NCBI GenBank assembly: GCA_021108405.1
Contig: JAIOQW010000347.1
Span: 18,486-82,485, forward strand
Reading direction: 5' to 3'
Origin: Methanosarcinales archaeon
GTDB taxonomy: Archaea > Halobacteriota > Methanosarcinia > Methanosarcinales > Methanocomedenaceae
Length of the DNA stretch: 64,000 bases
The notes beneath the pieces are model-generated. The model searched no databases and was not told where the DNA came from. It saw nothing but the letters and a program-made list of their open reading frames with translations. Of this stretch, positions 8,635 to 19,991 are shown in pieces. Position numbers and translations under genes: made by a program. The first letter of the stretch is position 1. Each line of letters starts with the position of its first letter.

Positions 8635-11600
8635 TTATGTACACCTCCCTCTTCGTGATACATCATACTCATGTTCTCCATCATGAAATGCCTTTCTACA
8701 ATTTCTGACTTTTGAGTTGATGAATCTGTGAGATTTATCAGTACAACAAAGTCACCAAAGCTAAATTCACCTACTTTATTAATAAGTTCTGAATTATTAA
8801 TTATCAATGTACCAATTCCATTTGTCATCGTACCAGCGCTGTCAAGGTTTACGATTGTCGGTTCCATCATATCCATGTCAAAACCTTTGTCAAAACCTTC
8901 GTCAAAGTCATCGTCAAAGCCATCGTCAAAACCTTCGTCAAAACCTTCGTCAAAACCTTCGTCGAAACCTTCGTCGAAATCATCCATTGAATCAGTCCAC
9001 ATTACCATCAATTTATCAACTGAAATAGTTCCGTTTACCTGTTCATTAGTGAATGTCCTGGCAGTTAAGAATATTGATACGTTCTCGGATACATTGAATG
9101 GTTCCCATTCTTTATTTGCAATAGTTATCAATGTTGAAACATTATTGACAGTTTCTTTCATAACCGGGAATGATATAGGCCATCCCCAGAGAGTGCCGAT
9201 TTCAACCCATCTTTCATCAAATTTCTCTCCAAACTTATTTAACGTACCACCTTCTTCACCGTACATGTCAATAGGTTCATTGTCACCCCATCTATCTGTA
9301 AGATCATTGTCATCATCATATCTTCCTGAATTTACAGAGAACTTACCATCTGCACAATTATCCTCCAGTACCATATAATAGGGTTGGGTAACATTCACAT
9401 TCCCATCATCATTTAAGTCTGTATTAACATCGGCTTCTGTAAAGTTCCCTACATAATATGAATCTCCGTCAGGAGCCCAATCCGAAAACGGATATATTCC
9501 ATGTGTTAGAGAAGCATTTGCAAAGATTATCTTACCACCCCATGGAGAAGCGACTGCTACATATTCATTATCAAGTTCAGGTATCTGTACACCGATCCTA
9601 TAACTTTCATTGAAAGTTGAATTCGCAACCAGGACCCTGTCAAATGTGTTGCACCACTGGTCATACTTTTCCAGTTCGGATTTTTCAGCGTCATTGTACC
9701 CATATACTGTATAGCCCATATAAGAAACCACAGAAACACGTCCTGATTCAAGTTCTCCGTTGTCCGGATCATCATCCAGCAGGACTTCCAGATCACTGAT
9801 CTTATACAGGGCTTTGGCGCTATACAGCGTCAGTGTAACATTTTGCGAGGTTACATTAGAAACATTCACGTGGAACTCACCTGGTCCCCAGCCTATCCAT
9901 TCATTAAGACTATAATTTCTGGAACCAGATTGATACCAGTCATCACCTAAAAGATAATCGATTTCCATATTAGCTGTACTACCATGGGTAGCACTGTTTA
10001 AAGTGATATTCCAGAATCCCCAGCAAAGCTCAGTATCTCCTGAGTTAATAGTCACATTATTCCCTTCCGGATAATAATCCGTAAAGTTATAACTGACAAC
10101 CTGATCACCCATCGTGAGATTAATACTGTCATTTGTCACAAAATTACTGATCCCGGTTGAGTCATTATGGTAACTGGAGTTGGTTGTATTAAAGTACCAG
10201 CTGTCCTGCATATCAAATGGCCATCCGATTCTCAGGACATCATCTTTTCCGGTTCCATGTAGCATTACTGCACCCATAGCCTCAGTTTCTATACCGTAAT
10301 TTACACTTAGACCGTTTCCGTCCGATACTTTTGTAACATTGACATCCCCTACTGTCCCGATTGACGCTTCCACTACAAAAGACCGAAGCTCCAGTCCGGG
10401 AAGGTTCCACATCTCATAAGGAGATATGTTTGTATAATATGGGCCAGGAAGCTCAATATTATAATGAAGCAAGTACTGTCCGTTTGGTATGTTTTTTTCT
10501 GATGTGTTGATAGTAAGCATGGCCAGTCCGTATTCGTTAGTCTTGGATTCTTGGTCGATATTTATATCATTAAAGCCCGGTGTAAACCATGTTAATTTAT
10601 CAATTGTTACATTTGCATTGGCTATACCTCCTGTCTTAGCATCAGTCGCACCTGGCTTTTGGATAAGGAATGGAATGGTAACGTTCTTTCCGTTCTGGAA
10701 CGTTCCAAGCCATTCACCGCTCCAGCCCATTTTATAGCTGGTGAACTTTAGTTCATATTTATTGTTCTGGTACATCATATTTATCAGATAAATAGGTGCT
10801 CCGCCAAATTCTACCGGATCACCTGCGCTGGCATCAATAGCATTGGAAAAGTTTGAAGTGTTTGCAACAAGTACTGTATCATAAATTCCTGCGGTTTCAT
10901 TATCTGCAAGGATAAGATAATATATATTCTCTCTTGAATCCCAGTTCGCCCAGTAATCACCATTTCCATCCAGATCAATATTTAACCAGTCACAATCCTG
11001 CATCCAGTCAGATATAATGAATTCCCCTGATTTACTGAGCGATGTATCGATGTTGTATCCCGAACTCAGACAGTCTTTACCTGTGAACTCAATACTACCA
11101 TCCGAGCCTATGGATGTGACATTCCACTGTCTGATAGTAACATTAGTGTTATTTTTCTCATTGAATGTTTCCCCTATATCAAGATTGGTAGTATTTTTAG
11201 TATCTGAAAAATTACAATTGTTATAGTTTATATATATGTTGCGGGGTGAAGTAAGGTTCACCAAGATCCAGAATGGTGTCCGATCTTCCTCCATTTCCCA
11301 TTCAGTCAGTAATTCTATTTCCCATTTTGCAACCTTTCCAACATATGAATTAGTTGCAACTGAATAGTTTAGGCCCGGATATCTACCATCTATATCCTTT
11401 TCCCATTCTTCTACTTTGGATGTCGTATCGTTAACAAATATGGAGGTTTTTGTAGTTTGCATCCTGTCTAAATCAACACCTATCCAGTAGAACTCAGGAA
11501 GTCCAACACTTGCAATTTCTACCTGGAACCAGAAATGAGTAAATACTTCATCTCCATCTTCGTCTACAACATTGATCGTCATGAAATAACTTCCCTCATC

Positions 11601-14597
11601 CCATCCTGTCAGATCAATTGTCAAATTGACTCTTTTACAATTATTACCATCTGGTTCTACTACTGAACTGATGTTCAGGTCTGAGCTGGTCTTGTAAGGT
11701 GTCCCTCCGAACATCCCTTCTTTCATAACCATAGTAACATTTGTGGCGCTAGTAATATTATGCTTATTTCCGCCCATCCAGCTATCACTGGCTTCCACGA
11801 TTATACTCATACTCTCACCAACGCCAAAACGGTTATTCCAGTCCTTTGCATAAGCCCAGGCAACAAATGGATTCGACTCAACCCATGCCCTGCGTGTCTC
11901 AATATTACCACCTGATTCTGCCTCGAACACAAATTCATACATACCTGATTTTGTAACTGCTCCATCGGTATATTCTATGGTTTCTGATGTAGTTGCGTTA
12001 GTTTCAATTTGAATTGGATCAATTGTATGTGATCCACCAATAAACGTTGGTGGCTGCGGATTTTCCCAGCTTCCCATATAGTATATCTTATCAAGTGTAA
12101 TATTAGATATCATATTTAAAGACATATTGGATGGGTCTGCTATTTTGGCAATAAATGATATATCTTCACCTGCTTGTATATTCCACATTTCAGGATATAT
12201 ATCAAACATGAAACTTCTAACTTCAAACCACCCGTGTCCGTAATCATAAATGACATCATTTGTCACAGGATCATTTCCGTTGACCTTTATGGAAACATCA
12301 TACCATCCGGATTTTAACGGATTCGTGGCATTAATAGTTAATATTACAGTCCCATTTTTATCAGTTGTTCCGCTGACATTGGAACCTGTGGTATCAAAAC
12401 TGATCTTTTCCCATGTCTCACCATAACGAATTTCAGCAGCGGTTACCAGTTTATCTTCCACAGGACTGTGGCTCGAATCTTCAACTGTAACTTCAATTTT
12501 TATATCTGAAGTTGAGGTGAAAGTCTTGAACATACCACCCTCAGTTGCCGGGCATGCCCATATGAAATATAGTTTCGTATCAAAGAATCCATGACCGACA
12601 GCCTGTGTACTTGTTCCGTCTTTTAGAGTTGCATTGATCCAGAATTTCACATGATGGAAACCCAGACTACTGTCATTTACATAGAACCTGAGACCTCTGG
12701 AGCTTTGTATATCAACAAGATGAGGATTTTCCATATATTCAGTGACAAGTGCTCCTTCGCTTTCACTATATACTTCGATTAAACCTGCATCGGTTATGTT
12801 AGCAGAAGGTATGACCTCCATGTTCTTGGGGTCAAATGCCATTATCTTTAGTGTTACGTTAGCATTTCGTGATACCATTGGTGCAAAATTACCATCTGAT
12901 GTTGAAGGCTGCCCATGAACGAAAATATTTTGAACTCCAATACCTGTGAATTCTTCTTCTACTGTCCCGTCCAGGTCAACAGTTACTTTAACATTAAATA
13001 TCCCGGTTGAGGGTGGCGTTTTGAAAGTAATTATACTGGCATTTTGTGCGGTGTTGTTGAGTTCGGTTCGCATCCATGGATCTACCAAATTATCTTCAAA
13101 GAATGTGGTAAGATCTATTACATCCCACTGGCGTGTAACATCAACTCCCGATGAGTCCAGTATTGTTAATGAAAATTTACTCTTGTTGCTGTTGTCGGTA
13201 AGGCCGTTGATATCAGCTTCTGTACCTGTGCTCATATCAAAACCGCCCACAAAGATATAACCAGTCTCATCAGGTGCAAAACCTTCAAGGTCATGCTTTT
13301 GCGGACTTACCGGGAACAAGAATATATCATATCCTCTTACCTGGTAACCGATGTATGACTTCTGTTTCGAAGAACCAATAGTTGCTATATATTCTACTTT
13401 ATAATCTCCTTGCGGGGCATTATCAGGTATCGTGAAAGAAGAATTGTAGAAACCCATATCACTATTAAATGAAAGTGTGTTTGAATTGTTATATCCTTTG
13501 GGACCTTTGATATTTGCAGTAACGGTCGCGTAAGATCCATTGATAACCATACCGGTTGACCTTTTCAGATATACTACGAAGATACCATTATCGCCACGTG
13601 CAAATTGATGTTGTGGTTTATACTCGGGAGACAATATATCCCCATACATTGAATATGTATTAACAGAATACGAAATGTGTCCTACATCACCTGCAATAAA
13701 GTGATACAGTCCTGATTTACTTTGTATGGTAATATTTGTGGTAACTACACCATACTTGTCAGTGGTTACCGTAGTTGTTTCTAACAGTGTCCCATTGTCA
13801 TTGACATGATCAAGAGTTAGTTCTATATTACTTAAGCGATAGTCAGAAGCATTTAGTGCAAGCAGCGTGATGTTCTTATCTCCACCACTCTGAAAAACCG
13901 GTGCAATAGGACGAGCAAGTACTATTTCAGTAGCATTATCAACATAAATAAGTGTATACATGGTAGCATTAAGTTTAACCTTCGAGCCTTCAACCAGATT
14001 ACCAATAGTACTAACACCTGAACCGTCGGAACTTAAGTTCATATCGTCATCGTCATCCATATAAACAGTATCATCATCAGAGACCAGGAAATAGTAATCA
14101 GTATCATCGAATTCAATATTTCCGCCAGTCTTACTAACATTAAGCGGACCCTGAATATTATGATTGGTTGATAGGCTAACAGTCAGAACCTGCCCCTGGG
14201 TAAACAGTATTTTTATTTTCTTAGGATCATTTATTCCAAGTACAGTAAAATTCAGATATGGTGAAATAGTTCCACTTATAACATCTTGCGCTTTGATCAT
14301 ATAATTTCCTGATTCAGCAGGTGCAATTATAGTTGCTGAAAAAATACTATTATTTGCCTTTACAGTAGTAGTATTTTCCCACGCAGAGTCATTTGATATT
14401 ATAATTTCAACATGGCCTGAAGCATTTCCATCAAGTATTTCTCCTGAAACACTTATCGTATCACCCATAGAGTAGGTCTTTGAATCAATACTGAATTTCT
14501 GTATCGAAGTTGCCGTACATGCAGGAATTATCAATATGATGATGATTACTGCTAAAAATAAATATGCTAGCATATTGTACTTATTATATGTATTCAT
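8631..14597 (-). CDS. Giant (1988 aa) secreted beta-rich surface glycoprotein
   Basis: Signal peptide, many N-x-S/T sequons, DxDxxG motifs, tandem FDEG repeats near the C-terminus, no C-terminal TM. Confidence 0.8.
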   Translation of the reverse strand: MNTYNKYNMLAYLFLAVIIIILIIPACTATSIQKFSIDSKTYSMGDTISVSGEILDGNASGHVEIIISNDSAWENTTTVKANNSIFSATIIAPAESGNYMIKAQDVISGTISPYLNFTVLGINDPKKIKILFTQGQVLTVSLSTNHNIQGPLNVSKTGGNIEFDDTDYYFLVSDDDTVYMDDDDDMNLSSDGSGVSTIGNLVEGSKVKLNATMYTLIYVDNATEIVLARPIAPVFQSGGDKNITLLALNASDYRLSNIELTLDHVNDNGTLLETTTVTTDKYGVVTTNITIQSKSGLYHFIAGDVGHISYSVNTYSMYGDILSPEYKPQHQFARGDNGIFVVYLKRSTGMVINGSYATVTANIKGPKGYNNSNTLSFNSDMGFYNSSFTIPDNAPQGDYKVEYIATIGSSKQKSYIGYQVRGYDIFLFPVSPQKHDLEGFAPDETGYIFVGGFDMSTGTEADINGLTDNSNKSKFSLTILDSSGVDVTRQWDVIDLTTFFEDNLVDPWMRTELNNTAQNASIITFKTPPSTGIFNVKVTVDLDGTVEEEFTGIGVQNIFVHGQPSTSDGNFAPMVSRNANVTLKIMAFDPKNMEVIPSANITDAGLIEVYSESEGALVTEYMENPHLVDIQSSRGLRFYVNDSSLGFHHVKFWINATLKDGTSTQAVGHGFFDTKLYFIWACPATEGGMFKTFTSTSDIKIEVTVEDSSHSPVEDKLVTAAEIRYGETWEKISFDTTGSNVSGTTDKNGTVILTINATNPLKSGWYDVSIKVNGNDPVTNDVIYDYGHGWFEVRSFMFDIYPEMWNIQAGEDISFIAKIADPSNMSLNMISNITLDKIYYMGSWENPQPPTFIGGSHTIDPIQIETNATTSETIEYTDGAVTKSGMYEFVFEAESGGNIETRRAWVESNPFVAWAYAKDWNNRFGVGESMSIIVEASDSWMGGNKHNITSATNVTMVMKEGMFGGTPYKTSSDLNISSVVEPDGNNCKRVNLTIDLTGWDEGSYFMTINVVDEDGDEVFTHFWFQVEIASVGLPEFYWIGVDLDRMQTTKTSIFVNDTTSKVEEWEKDIDGRYPGLNYSVATNSYVGKVAKWEIELLTEWEMEEDRTPFWILVNLTSPRNIYINYNNCNFSDTKNTTNLDIGETFNEKNNTNVTIRQWNVTSIGSDGSIEFTGKDCLSSGYNIDTSLSKSGEFIISDWMQDCDWLNIDLDGNGDYWANWDSRENIYYLILADNETAGIYDTVLVANTSNFSNAIDASAGDPVEFGGAPIYLINMMYQNNKYELKFTSYKMGWSGEWLGTFQNGKNVTIPFLIQKPGATDAKTGGIANANVTIDKLTWFTPGFNDINIDQESKTNEYGLAMLTINTSEKNIPNGQYLLHYNIELPGPYYTNISPYEMWNLPGLELRSFVVEASIGTVGDVNVTKVSDGNGLSVNYGIETEAMGAVMLHGTGKDDVLRIGWPFDMQDSWYFNTTNSSYHNDSTGISNFVTNDSINLTMGDQVVSYNFTDYYPEGNNVTINSGDTELCWGFWNITLNSATHGSTANMEIDYLLGDDWYQSGSRNYSLNEWIGWGPGEFHVNVSNVTSQNVTLTLYSAKALYKISDLEVLLDDDPDNGELESGRVSVVSYMGYTVYGYNDAEKSELEKYDQWCNTFDRVLVANSTFNESYRIGVQIPELDNEYVAVASPWGGKIIFANASLTHGIYPFSDWAPDGDSYYVGNFTEADVNTDLNDDGNVNVTQPYYMVLEDNCADGKFSVNSGRYDDDNDLTDRWGDNEPIDMYGEEGGTLNKFGEKFDERWVEIGTLWGWPISFPVMKETVNNVSTLITIANKEWEPFNVSENVSIFLTARTFTNEQVNGTISVDKLMVMWTDSMDDFDEGFDEGFDEGFDEGFDDGFDDDFDEGFDKGFDMDMMEPTIVNLDSAGTMTNGIGTLIINNSELINKVGEFSFGDFVVLINLTDSSTQKSEIVERHFMMENMSMMYHEEGGVHK
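8877..8984 (-). repeat. 9 x 12-bp coding tandem repeat (F-D-E/D/K-G/D)
   Basis: GTCAAAACCTTC-type units encoding DDFDEGFDEGFDEGFDEGFDDGFDDDFDEGFDKGFD. Confidence 0.9.
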
Positions 14598-14844
14598 AAT
14601 ACTGCCCCCAAATTATAAAATTCCTATTTTATTAATATTTGATTTCTTTGTTTAAAGTCAAGACATCCCCAATTTATTTTATATTACTTACTATAAATAT
14701 CTTCTCATCTTTTAAACTGGAAAAAAAATTTAGTAAACCCATCACGCAGGAAAAACATCATACATAGTATTACGATAATAGAAAAGTTTATTACCATCAT
14801 CGATCATAAGGATGTTCCGCGGATATAATTGGTTTGTCATATTA

Positions 14845-14931
14845 ATATCAAGTATACCTTGATATATCGAAAATGTTCACTCTGTTCACATTTTCTAATC
14901 TTCAGCTTCTTCGAAGCTTCAGTTAAAAAAT
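14845..14931 (+). repeat. Modular hairpin element, partial (A-B-E variant, decayed F)
   Basis: ATATCAAGTATACCTTGATATATCGAAAATGTTCACTCTGTTCACATTTTCTAATCTTCAGCTTCTTCGAAGCTTCAG. Confidence 0.8.
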
Positions 14932-15000
14932 ACTAAACCAGGTAAATAACCAATTATCTATCAAACTAAAAAAAAAAATTTGTCTGCCAACAAGAACTAA

Positions 15001-15036
15001 AAACGTAGAGAATAAACTCCTCCATTCTCTACGTTT
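15001..15036. other. Perfect 13-bp inverted repeat in the divergent intergenic region
   Basis: AAACGTAGAGAAT-N10-ATTCTCTACGTTT. Confidence 0.6.
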
Positions 15037-15103
15037 CTATATTTTTTAAAAAAAAATCTGTATCAACTTCTAAAAATAGAGGAATGACACTTTAGAGGAA
15101 AAA

Positions 15104-15195
15104 CTCTGTGTTCATTGTGGCTATCATTTTTACCCTCTGATTTGAAGTGGATATGTAAACGCGAACGAAGTGAGCGTTTACATATCCACTTCAAA
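15104..15195. repeat. Second repeat family (CTCTGTGTTC...TTTGAAGTGGATA) ending in a perfect 22-bp hairpin
   Basis: 15141-15162 pairs with 15174-15195, loop GAACGAAGTGA. Homologous to 29088-29190 on the minus strand. Confidence 0.8.
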
Positions 15196-15258
15196 AGTTA
15201 TGTATAGAATAATATCATCTATAAAACCATATATACCTGCAAAATAGGAAGATGAATC

Positions 15259-17403
15259 ATGCTACCTGAAGACGATTTAAAAAAGATCACTAAAAAATTA
15301 GGCAGAAAACCCACACCAGTAGAAGAAGGTTGCTTTATAAACCTCTGGAGTGAACACTGCTCCTACCGTTCCAGCGCACCCATCCTGAAAACATTTACCT
15401 CTACCGGAGAAAGGGTCATCATCGGGCCCGGTGATGATGCTGCTATTGTGCGTCTTAAAGACGGCTGGGTACTGGCCATAGGAATGGAGAGTCACAACCA
15501 CCCTTCGTATGTTGATCCTTATAATGGTGCTGCAACAGGTATCGGTGGGATAGTACGTGATGTCATCTCTATGGGCGCACGTCCGATCGCTCTTATGGAC
15601 CCGTTATATTTCGGGCCGCTGGATAATGAAAAGAATAGATATCTTTTTGAACACGTGATCATGGGAATTGCCGGATACGGCAATTGTATTGGTGTACCTG
15701 TGGTTAGAGGTGAAGCATATTTCCATGAGAGTTTCAGCGGAAACCCACTTGTCAATGTAGTGTGTGTAGGCCTTGCCAGAGAGGACAACATTGTAACAGC
15801 AACAGCACAACATGCAGGCAATAGATTGATACTCATGGGTTCTTCAACAGGCAGGGACGGACTGGGCGGAGCCTCCTTTGCATCCAGGGACTTAAGTGAA
15901 GAGTCTGAAGCAGATGACCGGGGCAGCGTACAGATAGGTGACCCGTTCACAGAGAAACTGGTTATGGAAGCAACACTTGAAGTTATAGATAAAGGACTGG
16001 TAGCGGCATGCCGCGATCTGGGTGCTGCCGGACTGGCCGGTGCCAGTAGTGAGATGGCAGCAAAAGGAGGACTGGGTGCGCATATCATCCTTGATAATAT
16101 CCACCTGAGGGATGAGACCTTAACTCCTTTTGAGATCATGATCTCCGAGTCACAGGAACGCATGGTACTGGAAGTAAGACCTGTTGATGTTGATGCAGTA
16201 CTGGCCGTGGCTGATAAGTATGACCTCAAGGCTAATGATATCGGCGAACTTACAGCAAAGACCCAATATTTACTGGAATATAAAGGAGAAGTGGTCGCAG
16301 ATATCCCTATATTATTCTTATGTGAGGGTGCTCCCACATTTGAAAGAGAGTCCCAACCTGCCCTCATAAAAAGAAGGAAGGAAAAACCCGTGGTACCTGA
16401 TGATCTTAAAGATATGATCCTTAAATTACTCAGCTCACCAAACATTGCATCCAGGGAATGGATATACCGTCAGTATGATCATGAGGTGCAAGTACGCACT
16501 ATAATCAAACCGGGTGGTGATGCCGGTGTAATACGGATTATAGATGACAAAGAAGGGCTTGCCTTTTCCTGTGGTTGCAATCCCCTGCATGTAAAAACAG
16601 ACCCATATACCGGTGGAGCATGTACAGTAATTGAAAATGCTATGAACTTAGCATCAGTAGGAGCTAAGTCTATTGCACTGGTTGATTGCCTTAATTTCGG
16701 TAATCCCGAAAAACCGGATATATACTATGAGTTTAAACAGGCATCCCTGGGTCTTGGTGATGCAGCCAGAACATTGAACATTCCGGTAGTAGGTGGTAAT
16801 GTGTCATTCTATAACGAGAGTGATGAGTTTGCAACAGCTATAGCGCCAACACCCAGTATAGGAATGGTAGGATGGGTTGAGGACCTCAATCACGTCCCCG
16901 CCTCTATTTTTCAGTCCCACGATGAAACAGTGATATTAATAGGTGATACAAAAGAGGAATTGGGAAGTAGTGAATATTATTCACTGCTGGAACTTAACGA
17001 ATCCGGTGATCCTCCATCAGTGCCCGGAAATATAGACACTATTATCGATACAATAATATCTGTTATCGGATCAGGTTTTGTTACTTGCGCCCATGATGTA
17101 TCATTGGGCGGCCTGGCTGTTACTTTATGTGAAATGGTAGGATCAGTCGGAGCGGACATAGACTTGAGAGGATCACAACTCAGGATTGATGATGCTCTCT
17201 TTTGCGAATCATGCGGTAGAATGGTTATAACAACACATGAACCGGGAAAGGTTATGGATATGTTGTCTGATGTAACTTGCAGTGTAATTGGTAAGACTGG
17301 TGGTGATGGATTGACCATCACTACCAGTGAAGGGGTTATTGAGTTATCATCTCATGATATTGATCATGCGAGAAGTAGTCTCTCACGGATAATGACCGAT
17401 TGA
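15259..17403 (+). CDS. purL: Phosphoribosylformylglycinamidine synthase subunit PurL
   Basis: [52 protein letters not shown]. Confidence 0.97.
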   Translation: MLPEDDLKKITKKLGRKPTPVEEGCFINLWSEHCSYRSSAPILKTFTSTGERVIIGPGDDAAIVRLKDGWVLAIGMESHNHPSYVDPYNGAATGIGGIVRDVISMGARPIALMDPLYFGPLDNEKNRYLFEHVIMGIAGYGNCIGVPVVRGEAYFHESFSGNPLVNVVCVGLAREDNIVTATAQHAGNRLILMGSSTGRDGLGGASFASRDLSEESEADDRGSVQIGDPFTEKLVMEATLEVIDKGLVAACRDLGAAGLAGASSEMAAKGGLGAHIILDNIHLRDETLTPFEIMISESQERMVLEVRPVDVDAVLAVADKYDLKANDIGELTAKTQYLLEYKGEVVADIPILFLCEGAPTFERESQPALIKRRKEKPVVPDDLKDMILKLLSSPNIASREWIYRQYDHEVQVRTIIKPGGDAGVIRIIDDKEGLAFSCGCNPLHVKTDPYTGGACTVIENAMNLASVGAKSIALVDCLNFGNPEKPDIYYEFKQASLGLGDAARTLNIPVVGGNVSFYNESDEFATAIAPTPSIGMVGWVEDLNHVPASIFQSHDETVILIGDTKEELGSSEYYSLLELNESGDPPSVPGNIDTIIDTIISVIGSGFVTCAHDVSLGGLAVTLCEMVGSVGADIDLRGSQLRIDDALFCESCGRMVITTHEPGKVMDMLSDVTCSVIGKTGGDGLTITTSEGVIELSSHDIDHARSSLSRIMTD

Positions 17404-18447
17404 TTTTTTTTGAGGTCTTTTTAATAATCCTTTAAATCTAAAGACAAATAGCAGTCCTAAGACCATTATTAGTAATGCAACTACTCCGAAAATAACCAAT
17501 CTTAGAATATTAGTTTTTTCCTCTTCTACCATTACTGCCTGTGTAGGGGCAGGCTCTAAGGTCGGTGCAGGTGTTATCGGGAAAATTGTATCTGCTGCCC
17601 AGATATCACCATTTCCATTTTCGTAAGAAGTATACAATAATTTGGAACCATCATGACTCCAATCCGGATGGGCAAAGTTCCTGGATTCACTTATAAGTAC
17701 TGCTTTTTCATTTCCGTCAGACCGCATTACCCAGATATCATTATATCCATTTTCATTCGATATGAATGCAATCCATTCACCGTCCTGACTCCATGTAGGA
17801 TCGGTCTGTCTAAATTCATCATCTGTAAGCTGGGCCCAGTTCGTGCCATCCGCATTCATTACCCATATATTTTCATCTGCTGAATAAGCGATCTTTGTGC
17901 TATCAGAGCTCCATGAAGGTGACTCGATTGATATCCCGAAATCAGTAAGTGAAACTGCATTAGAACCATCAGGATCAATAGTCCAAATTTCATAGTTATA
18001 ATTTACCCATCTTAGAAATAGAATTTTGGTACCATCATTATTCCATGTTGGATTTCTTGCATTGATCTGCTGCGTTACTTGACTTGCGTCTGTAAGTGCA
18101 TTATTGATAATATAAATGTTTGAATAAGGATTTCGCGGATCATTATTTTCCGCAATATACAGGATCCCGCCTGGACCCCAATCAGGCTGAAGCAGCCAGC
18201 TTTTATAAAAGCTTTCTTTAGTATTCATGCCGTTTGTATCCATGATCTGAAGACTGGTGTGTGATGAATCTTCAGTAATATAAACGATCTTGCTATCATC
18301 CGGACTCCAGGTTGCATCATTTTCACTGGACAGATCACTGGTCAACTGGTGTATCTCAGTAACTTCAGGCATTTCACTTCCTGCGGCTAATTGTGCTAGA
18401 ACCAGTATGGTTAGAACGAAAATTAATGACGTTTTTAATGCTATCAT
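17383..18447 (-). CDS. TolB-like (PD40) beta-propeller surface protein with C-terminal TM
   Basis: Repeated P-x-W-S-x-D-G units. Likely start MIALKT at 18447, giving a signal peptide. Pro/Thr linker and TM. Confidence 0.8.
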   Translation of the reverse strand: MIALKTSLIFVLTILVLAQLAAGSEMPEVTEIHQLTSDLSSENDATWSPDDSKIVYITEDSSHTSLQIMDTNGMNTKESFYKSWLLQPDWGPGGILYIAENNDPRNPYSNIYIINNALTDASQVTQQINARNPTWNNDGTKILFLRWVNYNYEIWTIDPDGSNAVSLTDFGISIESPSWSSDSTKIAYSADENIWVMNADGTNWAQLTDDEFRQTDPTWSQDGEWIAFISNENGYNDIWVMRSDGNEKAVLISESRNFAHPDWSHDGSKLLYTSYENGNGDIWAADTIFPITPAPTLEPAPTQAVMVEEEKTNILRLVIFGVVALLIMVLGLLFVFRFKGLLKRPQKKSIGHYP

Positions 18448-18627
18448 AATATCACTACATTTTTTTATTTTTTTGTATTTTTCATAGATTAGGATAAATG
18501 AAAGATTGTTCCATTTCCTCATTATTATTATAATGCTCATATATGTAGTACTGGTTTATAAACTTAACCATTGAAAACGAACCCTTATGTTAATTAACAC
18601 CATTATCAAGTCGCAGGTGAATGAATA

Positions 18628-19974
18628 ATGGCAATCCACCCAATTGAATATCGTTATGGTACTCCTGAAATGAAGCAAGTATGGAGTGAAGAGTCAAAGC
18701 TGAGAAAAATGCTAATGGTAGAGGTAGCCCTGGCAAAGGCGCAAGCAAAGGTTGGCATGATCCCAAAAGAAGCTGCCGGGATAATCGAAGTAGCATCCGA
18801 CAGTGTCGAACTTAAAAGAGTTACCGAGATCGAAGATGAGATCCAGCATGACATGATGGCTGTGGTACTGGCCCTGTCAGAGCAGTGCCAGGATGAAGGG
18901 AAATGGGTTCATTTCGGTGCCACATCAAATGATATACTGGACACACAACTTGCACTCCAGATAAAAGAAAGCATTGGTCTTTTACGCAAGAAGACCACAA
19001 GTGTCCGGGATGCCCTTATCACAAAGGCAGATGAACATAAAAATACGGTCTGTGTTGGCAGGACACATGGCCAGATAGGTGTCCCTACTACGTATGGTTT
19101 GAGATTTGCGATCTGGGCAAGCGAGATGGATAGACACCTTACGCGCCTGGGCGAACTAACACCCAGAGCAGTGGTCGGGCAGATGACGGGTGCTGTGGGC
19201 ACACAAGCAGCCTTTGGTGATAAAGGGATCGAGATCCAGCAGTGGACAATGAAATACCTGGATATTGGAAGTGTAGAGGTCTCCAACCAGATCATACAGC
19301 GGGATAGACATGCTGAGTTTGTGATGTGGATGGCTAATACTGCCACTACTCTTGATAAGATATGTGTGGAATTTCGCAATCTTGCGCGTAGTGAGATCGC
19401 AGAGATAGAAGAGAGTTTTGGTACTAAACAGGTAGGTTCCTCAACTATGCCCCACAAACGCAATCCTATTAAGAGCGAGCAAGTGTGCGGACTTGCACGC
19501 ATCGTGAGATCTATGGTAGAACCTGAACTCCTTAATAATACCCTATGGGATGAGCGTGATCTGACAAACAGCTCCTGTGAGCGTATTATTTTCCCTGAAA
19601 CCTGTGTGCTGACTGATCATATCCTTAAGCTGATCGAGAAGATTATCACCAATCTTAGGTTTTTTCCTGAAAACATCAAACAGAACCTGAACCTGATGCG
19701 AGGTCTCAATATGGGAGAGGCTGTGATGATCGAACTGGCCAAAAAGAATGTTGGTAGACAACAAGCTCATGAAATTGTAAGGACAAGTGCCATGGAAGCT
19801 CGTGAGACAGGTAGGCACATGAAAGACATACTTATTTCAAGACCGGAAGTAACCAAATATCTGGATATGGAAGATATTGAACATATTATGGACCCAAGGC
19901 AGTATATCGGTACTGCTGTAACTCAGGTTGAGATGCTTGTGGAGCGGTTAAAGAAAAAGGATACGGATATGTAA
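18628..19974 (+). CDS. purB: Adenylosuccinate lyase
   Basis: HFGATSND, GRTHGQ, GSSTMPHKRNP signature. Confidence 0.97.
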   Translation: MAIHPIEYRYGTPEMKQVWSEESKLRKMLMVEVALAKAQAKVGMIPKEAAGIIEVASDSVELKRVTEIEDEIQHDMMAVVLALSEQCQDEGKWVHFGATSNDILDTQLALQIKESIGLLRKKTTSVRDALITKADEHKNTVCVGRTHGQIGVPTTYGLRFAIWASEMDRHLTRLGELTPRAVVGQMTGAVGTQAAFGDKGIEIQQWTMKYLDIGSVEVSNQIIQRDRHAEFVMWMANTATTLDKICVEFRNLARSEIAEIEESFGTKQVGSSTMPHKRNPIKSEQVCGLARIVRSMVEPELLNNTLWDERDLTNSSCERIIFPETCVLTDHILKLIEKIITNLRFFPENIKQNLNLMRGLNMGEAVMIELAKKNVGRQQAHEIVRTSAMEARETGRHMKDILISRPEVTKYLDMEDIEHIMDPRQYIGTAVTQVEMLVERLKKKDTDM

Positions 19975-19991
19975 AGTAGGTACCTAAATTA

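Noticed and set aside
15519..16445. 308-aa minus-strand ORF and similar antisense ORFs over purB, aroC, the ABC ATPase and the giant gene
   Set aside because: Shadow frames of well-supported genes.
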